From: Octopus vulgaris
Lineage: Eukaryota
DNA: 64,000 nt
Direction: 5' to 3'
Assembly: GCA_951406725.2 (NCBI GenBank)
Contig: OX597828.1
Coordinates: 1,550,001 to 1,614,000, forward strand
Both the position numbers and the translations under genes were made by a program. Every line of letters begins with the position of its first letter. Within the stretch, counting starts at the first letter, position 1. The notes beneath the pieces were generated by a model, which made no database searches, was not told the DNA's origin, and saw only the letters and a list, made by a program, of their open reading frames with translations. Shown piece by piece: positions 12,445-35,754 of this stretch.

Positions 12445-14580
12445 TGCCTCTGGAGATGTGGACACTATACTCCAGAACATTCTGAATTCAATATGGGCAG
12501 CATGTGCAGCATCAGTACCACACAAGCACAAAAAACCACCCAATAGTGCAATTTGGGAGACTGCAGCAGTCCGACTTGCCAGGAAAGAACGCCGTAATGC
12601 TGAACGGGAATACAAATTGCACAAATCAGAGAGCAACAGGAAAAAGCGCAATAGGTCAGCCAACCACCTCAAGCAGGTGATAAAAAAGGCAGTGCTTGAA
12701 TTTGAACAACGCATTGCAGCTAACCCTGACAGCAAAGGGTTCTGGAAGTATGTGCACTCAAAGCAGAGACCCCACTCTCCTGTTGGTCCCCTTCGCAATC
12801 CCCACACAGGACAGATTACTGGCAATCCCGAAGAATGTGCAGAAATCATTGCTGGATGTTATGCCGGCATCTTTACTGTCGAAGACCAAAATGTTCCATC
12901 ATCATCACCACTGACATCGGACTCTATATCTTCTATGCAATTTACACCAGCAATGCTGCAACGCCACCTAAAGAATAAACGCAATTATGCCTCTCCTGGT
13001 CTCGATGGTGTTACATACCTACTTCTCAAACGCGGTGAGTACTTTCTTCTAAGCCAACTTTCTCTATTCTTCCAATTCTGTCTTGACAATGGTGTTACTC
13101 CAGAACAGTGGAAAACTGCCAGTGTCATCCCTCTGTTCAAAAAAGGCGACCGCACATCGCCTGTCAACTATCGCCCCGTCAGTCTTACTAGCTGCATCGC
13201 CAAACTGATGGAATCCTGTATCAGAGAAACCCTCTGGAACTTCTGGAAGTCTCACAGCCTCATCCAGCCGTCACAATTCGGATTTATTCCTAACTCCAGC
13301 TGCTGTAATCAACTCATCGAGTTTCTTGAGGACGTTACCCAAATCACTGATAGCGGATCCTGGGTGGATGTTGTTTACCTGGACTTTGCTAAGGCTTTTA
13401 ACTCTGCCACACGAAAGACTTATGGTGAAGCTTTATGCGTTGGGTGTAAGAGACGAACTCTATAACTGGTTAAAGTCCTTTATTTTCGGCCGAAAAGAGG
13501 TTGTCACAGTTCTAGGACAGCACTCTTCGCCCTATGAGATGACATCTGGTGTGCCGCAGGGATCTGTTCTTGGCCCCCTTTTATTTGTTGCATATGTTAA
13601 TGACATAGATGCCAACTTAAAGAATGCCACAGTGCTGAAATATGCAGATGACATCAAGCTGTACCTCGAAATAAAGAGGTCAAATCCTGTACACTATGGA
13701 TCTCTATTGCAAGCAGACCTGGACACAATGCAGCAGTGGATCATGGACTGGCAACTCAAGCTGGCTGTGGACAAATGTACCACCATGCATTTTGGGAGGA
13801 GAAACCCAGCGTCCACCTACTCCCTCCACAACACTAGTCTCAAAAAGTCTTCAAGTGAACGTGACCTGGGTGTTATTGTCGACAGTGATTTGCGTTGGAC
13901 AAAACACATCGCTAAAATTGTCAAGAAGGCTGAGGGTGTCTTGGCATCACTCACCAAATCCTTTGTGAGCCGCTCTCCGGCTATCTATCTGCGGCTTTAT
14001 ATAGCTATGGTAAGACCTCACCTGGAATTTGCATCACCGGTCTGGAACCCCTATCTTGCCCAGGACATCAATCGTCTGGAAGCTGTTCAGCGACGTGCAA
14101 CCAAAAGAATACCCCCTCATGCATTTGCCATATCCTGAACGCCTTACTTCCCTGGGCATGGACACATTGAAACTCCGACGTCTGGCAGCTGACTTGGCAG
14201 ACACCCATAAAATTATCAACCATCGCACAAACAATAACTCTGAGCACCTCTTCAAAATCCACCCATCTAACACCCGTGGACATATTTACAAAGTAAGAAA
14301 ACAGCACAGCTACCATGACTTCAGGAAATATTTTTTCACACTGAGAGTTGCTGAAGTTGCTGAACAAACTGCCGGCATCGGTTGTTAGTTGTCGGAGCAC
14401 TGCATCCTTCAAAACTTCCATGTTTCCTGAGATTCGCCAACACTACACTTGATTTTCTCCCCTCCATACACACACAAGCATGTTCACTTTCCAGACATTT
14501 CTACACTGCTGCATGTACTTTATATGCACTTTCTGACAAGTTGTGGTGCACATGAGCACTGTATACAATAATTTCATTAT
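12445..14580 (+). mobile_element. CR1-group LINE, 5'-truncated ORF2 (RT) with frameshifts
   Basis: SPGLDGV, NYRPVSLTS, YLDFAKAF, GVPQGSVLGPLLF, YADDIKL, RPHLEFASPVW; ends atttcattat; sits in (TA)n. Confidence 0.9.
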
Positions 14581-14589
14581 ATATTATAT

Positions 14590-17500
14590 ATACATATAAA
14601 TATGCAATCGTCAGAATTACAATTATTACAACACATCTTCAGGTTCTATTTCAAAATATTATATATCTAATTTTACATCCTTTTAAAAATAAGCAATACA
14701 ATTAAGCATTAAAGATTAAAAATTACGAATTAAGAATTAAGAGTAAAAAATTATACTTTGTAATATTAATAATTAAAATCTATAAATTATACATTATAAA
14801 TATGAATTAGTATATATATCAATCATGTAAAATCAAGAATATGTCAAATACAGAATGTGAGATATAAGATTAAACATCAGAATAAAAATGTGTTTAAATG
14901 TGATATATTACAAGAATACATATCTTCAAATACATATCTTCCTTTTTTTTATTGCTGGTACTAAAATGGTGATTTGAGGAAGAAGATAGCAGGGAACTAT
15001 GGGTATTTATAGGTGATTAGTACCAAGGGGGTAATTACAATATACATAGTTTTAATTTTAATTTTAATTTATCCTCTATTATTTTCAAATTTACCTATAT
15101 TGGGAGGTAAATCTAATATCTTATATAATTTTTTGTAATATTTAATTCATATATTTATTTTATTTAAATTATTGCATTATTTATTTAGTTATTATTTATT
15201 TAATTATATAGTCTATTCAAGTGCTTTATAAATAAAATTACGTGGTTAGTTGATTCAGGGGTTGGGGGTTCAGTACTTCATTTTACTAAATGTAAAATCA
15301 CTTCGGTGCCTATATTTTACTTATCGTTCATCATGTGTGATTAGTAATTCATCTCTAGACTGTAGTAGTTTCATAAATTCAGTTATGCATAATAAACACA
15401 TTTATTCCCATTATTATAGGAGTGGGCTCTACCTATAATACTCCAATTAAGGGTGTACTCTTTTTTCTAGATTTTAATTCCCATATATATTTACTTAAGC
15501 CTGTAGACTTACTTAAATTGCAACTTTTAAAGGTCCGGTAGTGTTGGGATATTCTTTCTTTAATTTCATTAACTGTTGATCCAATATAAGCCTTATCTAT
15601 AATGTTATTATTGTTCATAGAGCTAACTATGCATTTATAAATTACATTATCTATATTACAATTATTAGAGACCTTACATTTAGTCTTATCCCGACATAGA
15701 CATTCCTCTATATGTTGATTAAGTCTTCTATCACTATCGGTTATATTGTGGCTAGAGCTATTATTTATTATGCTATTATAATAATTATTTGATTTCTTAT
15801 TATTTATAGAGGAAATGTTATTGCCTACATTCCTCGATGTTGAATATCCCACTCTTATGGTTTTATTGGAAAATATATTTGAATAATTATTGTCCTTTTT
15901 AAAAACCATTTTTACTATTTTAAGTGTCTCCTTAATAATATTAGTCATAATTTGGTCCCCATACGGAACAATTAACCGTATAAAATCCTTTTTATCATTG
16001 TTAGTAGACACCATCGGTATTAAATTGTTATTCTTAGGTATATTATATCTATTTATATTTACATTACTATGTTTCTTACTATTGCTCATATTCTCATTAT
16101 CATTATTTCCATTATTATTGTAACCATTATTAACAACTGTATTATTTATATCTTTATTTAGTGTTATATTGTCTTTTATTATTATTATTATTATTTATAT
16201 TTTTACTGTTAGACTTATTATTAGTTTTATTAGGAATACTTGTAATAGTATTATTATTATTAATGTGTTCATAATAATTAAATAATTTTATATTAGAGTT
16301 GCATCCTACCTCTTTTAATGCTTTATCATAATATGCGGCATGTTTATTAAAAGTGTCATAATATGAGGATAGCATAGATATTCTTTTACCTATATTATTT
16401 ATTAAGGCTTCTTTAACTGATTCAGGATGGTTACTTGAAGAACTAATATACTTTAGGCTTTCATTCAACTTATGGAATGGATGGATCTTATTAGTGACTA
16501 GATTAAGGTTGACGTCTAGTAGTTTACTGCATAATGCTCGTTCTCTATAGATATTCCTAGGCCATTATTCTTAAAGAACTTGTACATTTTCTTCTTAAGG
16601 CATTCTAATGAACTATTAGTACAATTCCTAGTTATAAGTAATACAGAAGGTGGTCTTTAGACCACCCTCTATATTCGTGAATTCTATTTCTAGTTCAGAT
16701 AAGAGACATCAACCTACAAGAGCGGTAACCTCGGCTGAATCCGGGGCACCCATGGGTATATCAAAACAATCTATAGTGTCTTTCCTTGCCCATAGTTTAT
16801 ATTTATATTTTATAATGGACTTCCTCGCGCCGAACACTACTTTCACTTCTTTAAATGACATGTTTACCTTTCTCATGGCATATGAGAGGGCCTTATTTAA
16901 AACCACTTCATTTAAAATTGAATAATAATTCTCTATATCAATTTGAAGAAATTTACATCTATTTTTATCCTTAATATTGTTAAATCCTTTTATAGTATCT
17001 CGGGTACAATTCCAGAGTTTAAGGTTACCTAACTTATTTAATTTACTTATATATTTATCCAATATTAATTTACTAAGTCTACCTATATCTGACTTGCTCG
17101 GGCTTATTAATCTTACTTGTGGGGTTGAGTAAAAATTATCCTTATGGTCTTTAATCGTTATTCTTGGATGCATCGGGACATATGGTTCAGTTCTATTTTC
17201 AATACCATATTTAACCATGATTTATTTTGGAAATTATGTTAATATTATCTAAATAATTTTTATTAACTACCTTATATTTTTTCATTATTATCTTTTCTAG
17301 TAGTTTATCATAAAATGGTGTATCCAGTCTATATAAATTCCTGGTCTTATCAGATTGCACTATAACTCCATCCTGGTTCTTTAATATGTCTATTTTTCTA
17401 GCTAAGTTGCTGAGGTGCTTGTGTCTGTTAGGATATTTTTTGAATTTGATATTTTTCATCATATTCCATATTTTCTCCTCAAAGTCCTGGATAATTCTAT

Positions 17501-18004
17501 TATTGAGAGGTCCCTGCTTAGATTTGAAGTTTCTCTTTATATAGTCTATATCTTCCATGTTAGTATTATTCTTATTAGGATTGTTGTTATTGTAGTAGTG
17601 AGCCTTCCATTTCATTCTATTTATAAAGTTTTTTAGCTGGTTAATTAGGTCCTGTATATATTCTTTCCTGCTGGGAATAGGTATATCCTTCAAAGATGAG
17701 TTCCACTCTATCATCTCAATCCTACCTGAAAGATCCATTTTTGATATATATAAAAAGTCCTAGTGGTAGAACCAGTTGTATGATTAATATAAATAATTTG
17801 GGAAAACAAATTTCCAAATCAATCGTGTGCAACCGTTCAGCGTTATATGCATCTACATATTGTACTTTGGGGTCTTATTTATCGTATACTTATATATTTA
17901 TCTATAAATATATAATAAATAAGACCCCAATGTACGATATGTAGATGCATATAACGCTGAACGGTTACACATGATTGATTTGGAAATTTGTTTTCCCAAA
18001 TTAT
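14590..18004 (-). mobile_element. Penelope-like element (RT + GIY-YIG), frameshifted, with 3' pLTR and inverted 5' palindrome
   Basis: QSDKTRNLY, FLQIDIENYY, IPMGAPDSAEV, Asn-rich linker, NVIYKC...AYIGST...ERISQH...TGLSKYIWELK. Confidence 0.9.
17793..18004. repeat. About 210-bp inverted repeat (90-bp arms) at the Penelope 5' end
   Basis: ataatttgggaaaacaaatttcc...ggggtcttatttat / ataaataagacccc...ttttcccaaattat. Confidence 0.9.
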
Positions 18005-18264
18005 ATATATATCGAGAGAGAGAGAGAGAGGGAGGTTTTTTATGAATATGGATGTCTATGTAATTAAAATATTAAATTTAATATTCTACTCACAAATTTG
18101 CAGTTTTCGTATAGATATATTGCAATCCATGTGTTTACATTTTCACGCACGTGTTGTTGTGGCGGCGTATCTGAGGGAAGTTATTTTTTTGTATATATAT
18201 ACCCCAGATCGCTTACATTAGAACATAGTTTCCTTTCATTGTTCTTGTGGATTCTTAATTCCAG

Positions 18265-22530
<4,266 letters not shown>

Positions 22531-22560
22531 AACTTATTATTATTATTATTATTATTATTA

Positions 22561-22606
<46 letters not shown>

Positions 22607-22608
22607 CA

Positions 22609-22679
<71 letters not shown>

Positions 22680-22699
22680 GTTATTATTATTATTATTTA

Positions 22700-23580
22700 A
22701 GACGTCGTACAGTATCCAATATCGTGATCTTGTTGACTGAAGATATTGTGCCTACCGGGTTCTGTACTGTCTGTCAAGTCACAACAAGGACCTGAGACAG
22801 ACAGTACTTTACGCAATATGCGTGCAGTTCCAAGTAATACCGATTTTTGTAATATACCTAGATTGTAGGGTATTTCTAAAGTTCCCAGATGTTTTCTCAG
22901 GTTGGGTGGTATTAACCCAATGCTCCCATGACAACAGGGATAACCTTTATGCTTGACTCACGTAGCTACCACATTTTAGCGATCTCCATTCCTAGGTCTC
23001 CATATCTATCAACTTTTTTTCTTTCTTACAATATAATAGGTTGATCTCCTGGCACTGCCACGTCAATTATTAGTAACTCTTGTTTGTCTCTCCTAAAGGT
23101 TACTACATCTGAACTTCGGTGTCTATCTGGAAGTCAAAATCCCAAAGGATTGTTGCCTTCCCCTTTTCGTCCATTACCTTTTCTAGTGTATGTTGGTACC
23201 CGTTACCTCGTATCTATACACCCGGCATAGTATCCAGCGAAGGTTTTGGGCTACTTGTGTCTGTACTTGTACTATTTCTGTGCAAGACTTTCACAAGCAC
23301 TAACAATGTGAGTCACGCTTTCGACCCTTTTCCCACACATTCTGCAGAGGTTCGTTGCATTTGTGTGGTATATATTCCTTTTCACTGAGTTAATATTCAA
23401 TGCTTGATCCTGGGTAGCGATGATTAGGCCTTCAGTCTTCTTGTTCAGGTTACCCTTGCAGAGCCACCTCCACGATACTTCCTGGTCTTTTAAGTTCTTA
23501 GTTTCATGATGGAACTGACCATGTAATTCCTTGCGCAGTAGGTTTTCTCCTCTCTAGTTGGCTATTCGTGATCGGAATTC
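22700..23580 (-). mobile_element. Degenerate Dong/R4 3' fragment (CCHC/endonuclease region)
   Basis: Minus strand reads HGQF, TEGLIIATQDQ, ILWDF, IIDVAVP, LLGTARILRKVL. Confidence 0.75.
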
Positions 23581-23585
23581 ATGAG

Positions 23586-27344
<3,759 letters not shown>

Positions 27345-27365
<21 letters not shown>

Positions 27366-27730
27366 TATTATTAATCATTAGTTGATCTTTATATTAATCA
27401 TTAGTTGATCTTTATATTAATCATTAGTTGATCTTTATATTAATCATTAGTTGATCTTTATATTAATCATTAGTTGATCTTTATATTAATCATTAGTTGA
27501 TCTTTATATTAATCATTAGTTGATCTTTATATTAATCATTAGTTGATCTTTATATTAATCATTAGTTGATCTTTATATTAATCATTAGTTGATCTTTATA
27601 TTAATCATTAGTTGATCTTTATATTAATCATTAGTTGATCTTTATATTAATCATTAGTTGATCTTTATATTAATCATTAGTTGATCTTTATTATTAATCA
27701 TTAGTTGATCTTTATATTAATCATTAGTTG
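27345..27730. repeat. 23-bp tandem repeat (taatcattagttgatctttatat) x about 16
   Basis: Directly visible; unit equals the terminal coding sequence of the adjacent Dong copy. Confidence 0.95.
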
Positions 27731-27745
27731 TTATAGTTGTTATAA

Positions 27746-27816
<71 letters not shown>

Positions 27817-27836
27817 GTTATTGTTATTGTTATTGC

Positions 27837-27868
<32 letters not shown>

Positions 27869-27902
27869 TTGTTTGTTATTGCTGTTGTTGTTGTTGTTGT
27901 TG

Positions 27903-27948
<46 letters not shown>

Positions 27949-27981
27949 TATTATTATTATTACTATTATTATTATTATTAC

Positions 27982-28039
<58 letters not shown>

Positions 28040-28042
<3 letters not shown>

Positions 28043-29870
28043 TCTCTTTATTACAGGTTTTGTTGGAGTTCTTGGAGCCTTGCATGCGTAGCAGGCTTAC
28101 TACCTGCAGCCTACAGTAACATGATATTCGGCTTTTTTTTCCAGTTATCTAATGCTTTCCTGATTATTCTGGACGTGTTAAGGAGGCAAACCTTTTGTAA
28201 CAGTTCTACTGGGCACTCTATTTCAATTTCCATTATGTTCCCCTCGATGCCTTCTGATACTGTTCCCAAGGACCCAACAAATAATTGGCACTATCTTCAC
28301 CTTCATTTTGTATGGCCGGGCTATTTCGTACTTAGTATTTATCTAGTTTTTCGCCTTCCTTCTTGACAATTCGTAGGTCAAAGGGGCATACAATATCAAC
28401 TATATAGCATATGTGGTGCACCTTGTCCACCACCACTTAGGTCCGGTCTGTTATAATCTAGCACTTAATCTATTTGGATTGGGAAATCCCAGAGGATTTT
28501 GCTAATCTCCGACTCCGCTACTCTCTGCAGTTTGTTCTCATATCACGTCTTGCCTCTCTCTAGCTCCCACTTTTCGCAGTTCCCAACATAGAACTTTCAT
28601 TACCTGATCGTGGTTTTGGGCAAGTCTGGAGCATTTGTTTAGGTTTTTCATCCTCAGTACTTTCTTCTCCACTATTTATTTGGTTATTAAATCTCTTCTG
28701 GATTGTCTCTAAACTTTTCTGTTGCTACTGATCTATTCTTTTCTGATATCTGGAAAGTTTACCTGCTACTGCTATGGTATGTTTCAACTCTTCCATGACT
28801 GTCACAAATCCTTTCTCTTTGACTAAGTATATTTTCTCAAGAGAAGATTTGCATCTTGCGTTTCCTAGCTTGTTCACTTTCCAGCCTTCTATTCTAGTCA
28901 GATCTTGTCTTAATGTCTTCATTTTATTTTGTAATCTCCTTTTCCACATTTGCTCTTTTTTAATCTTCCCTTGTGGAAACTACTACCCCTCCTTATTTAT
29001 TGATAAATAAGATAGTATCTCCTATATTTTTAGGATCTATCCTACTGATAACAGAATCTACTTTCCTAGTCATATCTCGCAGCTTCCTTCTGATGGTACC
29101 TTTAATGCTGGCAATCTTTTTCTTACTTCTTTACTCATTTCTTCCTGAAACTCATCTAAAATCTTCTGATCTCCCTCACTTAAATCACTTAATCGCTGGT
29201 GCCAGTCCTCCCTTCCATATTGATAGCGCTATTATTAATAATTTTTTCTTTGATCTCTTCTTTGGTTTTGAGATCTATCATTTATGTTGTTTTTTGCCTT
29301 TCCTATTGCCCAGACATTCTTTTCCAGTTCTCTTGTGATCTTTTTCACCTCCAGTACTGTCATCGACTCTCTTCTGATAGTATTAGCTTGATCTACTTAT
29401 CTCTTCTCAGTTACTTTAAACATAACCTTCTCTACCCAGAGTGTTAACATCCGTTTTCTATAGCCCCATCTTTTAAGTTCACTTTCTAAGTAGCACTGTA
29501 TCACTATCCTGTTTTCTTCGCTGGTCCACTTCCTGCTCCTTACTCTGTTATCTACTGATGTTGTATTAGGATAACAGCCGTGGTCAGCCTGCATCTTTAC
29601 TGAACCACTTCCGAGTGAGAGGCCTTCCCTAAAAGTCCAACGTCATTTTCGCTGTTACAATCAGAATTTTTCGGAAACTCCTGTCTCTCATAAACTGAAG
29701 AAAGGTCACATTTGTCACCAACGTCGTCGCCACAATTATTTTCCGACATCTGATAGTTTCAAGCAACTTTCTATTGCATCGTTTGCTGCACTTTTTGGCT
29801 GGTGAAGTTTTATTGTATTGTTGTGCGGTTCAGTTTGAGTCTTCTCTTGCATTAGTTTTTGTATTGTGTG
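28040..29870 (-). mobile_element. Old, internally deleted Dong/R4 copy
   Basis: RKWTSEENRIVIQCY, WKRRLQNK, ILWDFP..RPD remnants; (ATT)n at 3' side. Confidence 0.75.
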
Positions 29871-29882
29871 TGTTCTTCTTCT

Positions 29883-30440
29883 TGAGTGAGAGAGTATTGC
29901 ATGCCATCAAGGTGATACTGGAGTAAAATATACGAAGACCAGTATACCTATCATGACTACCTGCCTGATAGGGGTACCCCAGGCACATGCATCACAACCA
30001 TATGTGCGCGAAATGGTGATCTCACATCAAGATAAATAGCCCATGACCTTGCTGGTGGGACCCAGTTAGAATTTTCTTCTGGTCGAGTAGCCCATCCCGC
30101 TCAAAAGGTCCCTGAATAAGGGTTATTTAAGAATGATGAACAAAACGCCCATGTTTCCAGAGGTGAATTATTCAAACCCCAAAGAATCCTTCTCAACACA
30201 TGGCTATGATGCTCCCCCATTAATTCTGCTCGTGATCAGAGATGCACATATCGTCAGCCACTAAGGGACACGCTCAACTGGTTAAGGTCAAGCAACTGAC
30301 AAACAAATTTGTGGTATTTAGCAGAATATTTGCTGTAGCCCATCTTTTATACCAAGACAAAGCAATGTACATGATAACACTTCCAATCAGTTAAGATCAG
30401 AAAGCACGTAGGCCACTGCCTGGTACTGCAGCAGCGCATT
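29883..30440 (-). mobile_element. About 560-bp non-coding Dong-associated repeat, longest copy
   Basis: Matches 18343-18626 and 33585-33950; flanked by (CTT)n and (ATT)n. Confidence 0.7.
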
Positions 30441-30449
30441 ATTATTATT

Positions 30450-30584
<135 letters not shown>

Positions 30585-30757
30585 TTATGTTTGACTTTTG
30601 CTTTGCATTTGTACAAGTTGACTCCAAGTCTCACCCAGAGACCTCAAGAGACAACAAGTTAGAAGTTCATGTTGGTGTTATGCCTAGGGTGTCATATATT
30701 TGGTTTTGTACATAGTGTTGTTCTAGAGAATGTTTAAGAAACCATAAGAAAATTGTG

Positions 30758-32225
<1,468 letters not shown>

Positions 32226-32239
32226 AGTATGTCTTATTT

Positions 32240-33590
32240 TTATCACGTGCTTTCACTGTACTACCAAGCAGAGGTCTGTGTGTCTTGGGTATGTGCAGTA
32301 GTTTGTTATGGTGCTCTTAATTACACTGTATTGAAAGTGCTTTACGTAGGACGTGTGCGGTGCCTAGTAGTGCTTTTACAATTTGTTATATATATATATA
32401 TTCATTTCAAATTCCACCGAGGTCGAATTTGCCTTTCCTCCTTTTGGGTTCGATGAAATAAGTACCAGTTACGCACTGGGGTCGATGTAATCGACTATCC
32501 CCCTTCCCCCCTAAATTTTCAAGGACTTGTGTCTAGAGTAGAAATAGTTATATATATTCGTAAGTAATGGTTATGTATTTGTCTGAATTTTGTTATGTAT
32601 TTGTCTGAATGTTTTATAATGATACCTAATGCGCCTATTATTATAGGAATTGTTTATGTTTTTAGACTCCACATTTGGGTTACTTCTATTTCCAGATCTT
32701 TGTATTCTGAGAGTTTCTCCGTTTCTTTTAAAAATACGATTAGAAGGCATTTTTTCTTGGTCATCTCTAACAACTATATCCAGTCTATTAGCCTTGATTT
32801 CTCTAATTGTGTGTATTGGCATATCTCAGTGTATGTTTGCTTTGTCATTTTCTGAGACCTTTTTCTGGGTTGTGTCTATACCATCTTTTTTTTGTTATCA
32901 TTCTCTAGAGTTGGCATAGCTTCCAGTGTATATAGGCCCCAACTCGGTTATGTCTGTAGATATATTCCTTAGCCAGGACGAGGCAACCAGAGACAATATA
33001 ATTTATTGTTTCTTCCCCATCACCACATACTCTGCAGTTACTTGTATTTCTCTTCATTATGTGTTTCTGGTGATTTCTCGTGGAGAGGCTTTTTATTTCT
33101 GAGTATTATTTTTTCTGGGTATTATTTTTCCATAGTGTTTGTTTAGATTATGATACTCCTGTTTGGAGGGGTTTGAGAGTGTATCCGGCTTTTTTTGTGG
33201 CCGCAGAGCCTGTTGCATATATTACATTATTTAACTCGATCATATTGATGTTTGTTTCTGGTGATATTAGTTCTGTGCCGGCCAGATTTATGTTATTTAT
33301 TATTGTTGCTGTCTTATCAACTTTAATTTTTGGGAGATACACTCGGTGGTCTATACTGAGATCTGTGGCTTTTAAATCCTTGATTATCCTCATTTTTCGA
33401 GTATCATAATCATGGATTCATTCTTTCCAGTTTCTAGGTTTGTTCCACGTTCCTTCCCATTTATAGTTTTGTCTGAGGTGTTCTGGTTTGGTGCATTTTG
33501 CTCATCATTATACATTCTTACAGTTTGTTGTGCTTCGTTACTTACTTCGTTTTTGTTGCGCATGTTACGTCTATCTTTTACAGTCCCAAT
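32240..33590 (-). mobile_element. Dong/R4 fragments (3' end related to the 25324 family; N-terminal piece 33100-33590), interrupted by a SINE
   Basis: Similarity to 25330-26050; ELNNVIYATG motif. Confidence 0.75.
32403..32545 (+). mobile_element. SINE family 2 fragment
   Basis: ttcaaattccaccgaggtcg...agtaccagttacgcactggggtcgatg...gtagaaa. Confidence 0.8.
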
Positions 33591-33950
33591 ATGTGCACGA
33601 GATGATGATCTCATATCATGATAAAAAGTGCGTGACCTTGCAAGTGGGGCCCAGTTAAAATTTTCTTCAGGTCGAGTAGCCCATCCCGCTCAAAAGATCT
33701 CTGAATAAGTTTTGTTCTAAGGATGATGAACAAAACACCCATGTTTCCAGAAGTGAATTATTCAAACCCCAAAGAGTTCCTCTCAACACATGGCTACTTC
33801 TGCTCGAGATCAGAGATTCATATATAGTCAGCCACTAAGAGACATACTCAACTGGTTAAGGTCAAACAATAGACAAGCAAATATGTAGTATTATACCAAG
33901 ATAAAACAATGTACATGATAACACTTCCAATCAGTTAAGATCAAAAACCG
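33585..33950 (-). mobile_element. Dong-associated non-coding repeat, third copy
   Basis: Matches 29998-30405. Confidence 0.7.
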
Positions 33951-33955
33951 TCAGG

Positions 33956-33994
<39 letters not shown>

Positions 33995-34044
33995 TATTAT
34001 TATTGCTATTATTATTATTATTGTTGTTGTTGTTGTTGTTGATG

Positions 34045-34532
34045 TTATTCCTGCCATACTGGGAAGATACAGAAACTTGAAGCTCTGCCAACACTACAAA
34101 CACGAAATCAAGTGAGAGTGCTAAACCAAGCCAACAAAAGTGGTTTACTCCCGCGGAAAAGTAAGCTTCTCCTTAACAGCAACAATGACATGAACCACAA
34201 ATGCAGCCCAGTTCACAACCGCTATAGTGAATAACGAAGATCGGATTGCACTCATGAAAAAATACAAGACGGACATTGTGGTCTTGAGAAACAGATTGAT
34301 ATAAGTAAGTTGAACTTAAGAATGTTTAACTGTAATGAATTAATGTTTTAAAAAGTGTGTTAAAAGAGTTAAATGAGGTCGCTCGGATTGTTGGGTCGAA
34401 TGGCCTGCATTCCATTTCCCATTATTCATAACCATCTTTTCATTCATTTTTATTTCCACCCCACCCAATTATATGTTTGTCTGTCCTTGTATTGTCCTTC
34501 TTCGTCTAGCCTCTTGTGAGTAATAAAGAAAT
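34045..34532 (+). mobile_element. Tx1-like ORF1-only unit A (3' part: ORF end, structured 3' UTR, AATAAA tail)
   Basis: TGA 34374, then hairpin, then tail gtttgtctgtccttgt...aataaagaaat homologous to units B-D. Confidence 0.6.
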
Positions 34533-35752
34533 CACAGTCGATTCCATCTCTTGTTACGGTCTGTTATATATTTATTATCAGAACTTTATTGTGAATTTCT
34601 CCAAGCCATTTTACGGGGGAAGGAGCTAACGTAAGGGTAACTCCCCACCAAGGAAGTAATGAAAAAAATAAAGAAGAAAACGGTGATATACAGGACGCTA
34701 TCTCTGCAGACCAAATAGATAGAGGTAGCGTCCACAGAAGAAATAGAAATGGCATTGAAGCCTATTACGTATAAAATAGCTTTTGTAAAACGTAGAAAAA
34801 AATATGGTACAGTGGAGGCTCAGTTCATAGCTGAGACTAATGCCAACATACCTCGGCAAAAGAACAACAAAACTGTTCTTAAAAGGTTTCGCACCGGAAA
34901 TCAAACCGACATGGCACTTGGTAGCCGCCTTCGCTAATGTAAAAGGGGAGGTAACATTTATGGAGATGAAGGAGAGAAGTGTCCGGAACTGGTGTGGTAG
35001 GGCCGTAACAGCAACGATTCAAGCCACACCAGCAGACAACATACCAGAATTCATCATTCTTCCGAACGATACGGTGCTGAAGGTAGCCATTCAGGGCAGA
35101 ATTCCAAAGTGGTTCGGGTGTGGACAGAAGGGGTACATAAGAAAAACGCGCCCCCAGACTCTACAACCTGAAGCACGGGGAGAAAAGCAGGAGGAGGCCA
35201 GTGTGCAGTAGGAGAGAGTGGAGGAGGAGGAGGTCTCAGGGGAGAAGGAGAAGAAGCAGGAGGAGGTGATGGGGGAAGACGCACCGTCGATTTCAGCGTC
35301 TACAGAAGAGGAGGTGATGGTGGAGAGAGAGATGGTCGAGACGAGAGAGGACACACCGTTGACTTCAGCGTCTACTGAGGTAAGTGACGGTGATTAGAAT
35401 GGTGTTGGGAGGAAGAGAAAATGAAAAACACTCGTTCGCTCCCTTCCACAAACAAAAAAGTTTTAAAACAAATGGACATTCAAACAAGAACACACAAGAT
35501 CACAAAACATCACAGACAAGTGGAAACTCAAAGAAAAGACAAGATAAAAAAACTGTAGCAACACCAAGTAAAGTATAAAAAAACATGAAAATTTATTTAC
35601 GTTTAAAAATGTTCAATGATGTTGTTGGGCCCGGGTGACCATCGTTTCATCTTTCTCATTTTTATAATCATTCATATTCATTTGATTTTCTTACCCCACC
35701 TCTAATGTCCTGTGCTGTCCCTTCTTTGTTTGGTCCCTTCGTGGATAATAAA
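34533..35752 (+). mobile_element. Tx1-like ORF1-only unit B (degenerate gag with zinc-knuckle remnant)
   Basis: EGANVRV, EIEMALKPI, LMPTYLGKRTT, PKWFGCGQKGYIRK homologous to unit D; AATAAA 35747-35752. Confidence 0.65.
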
Positions 35753-35754
35753 GG

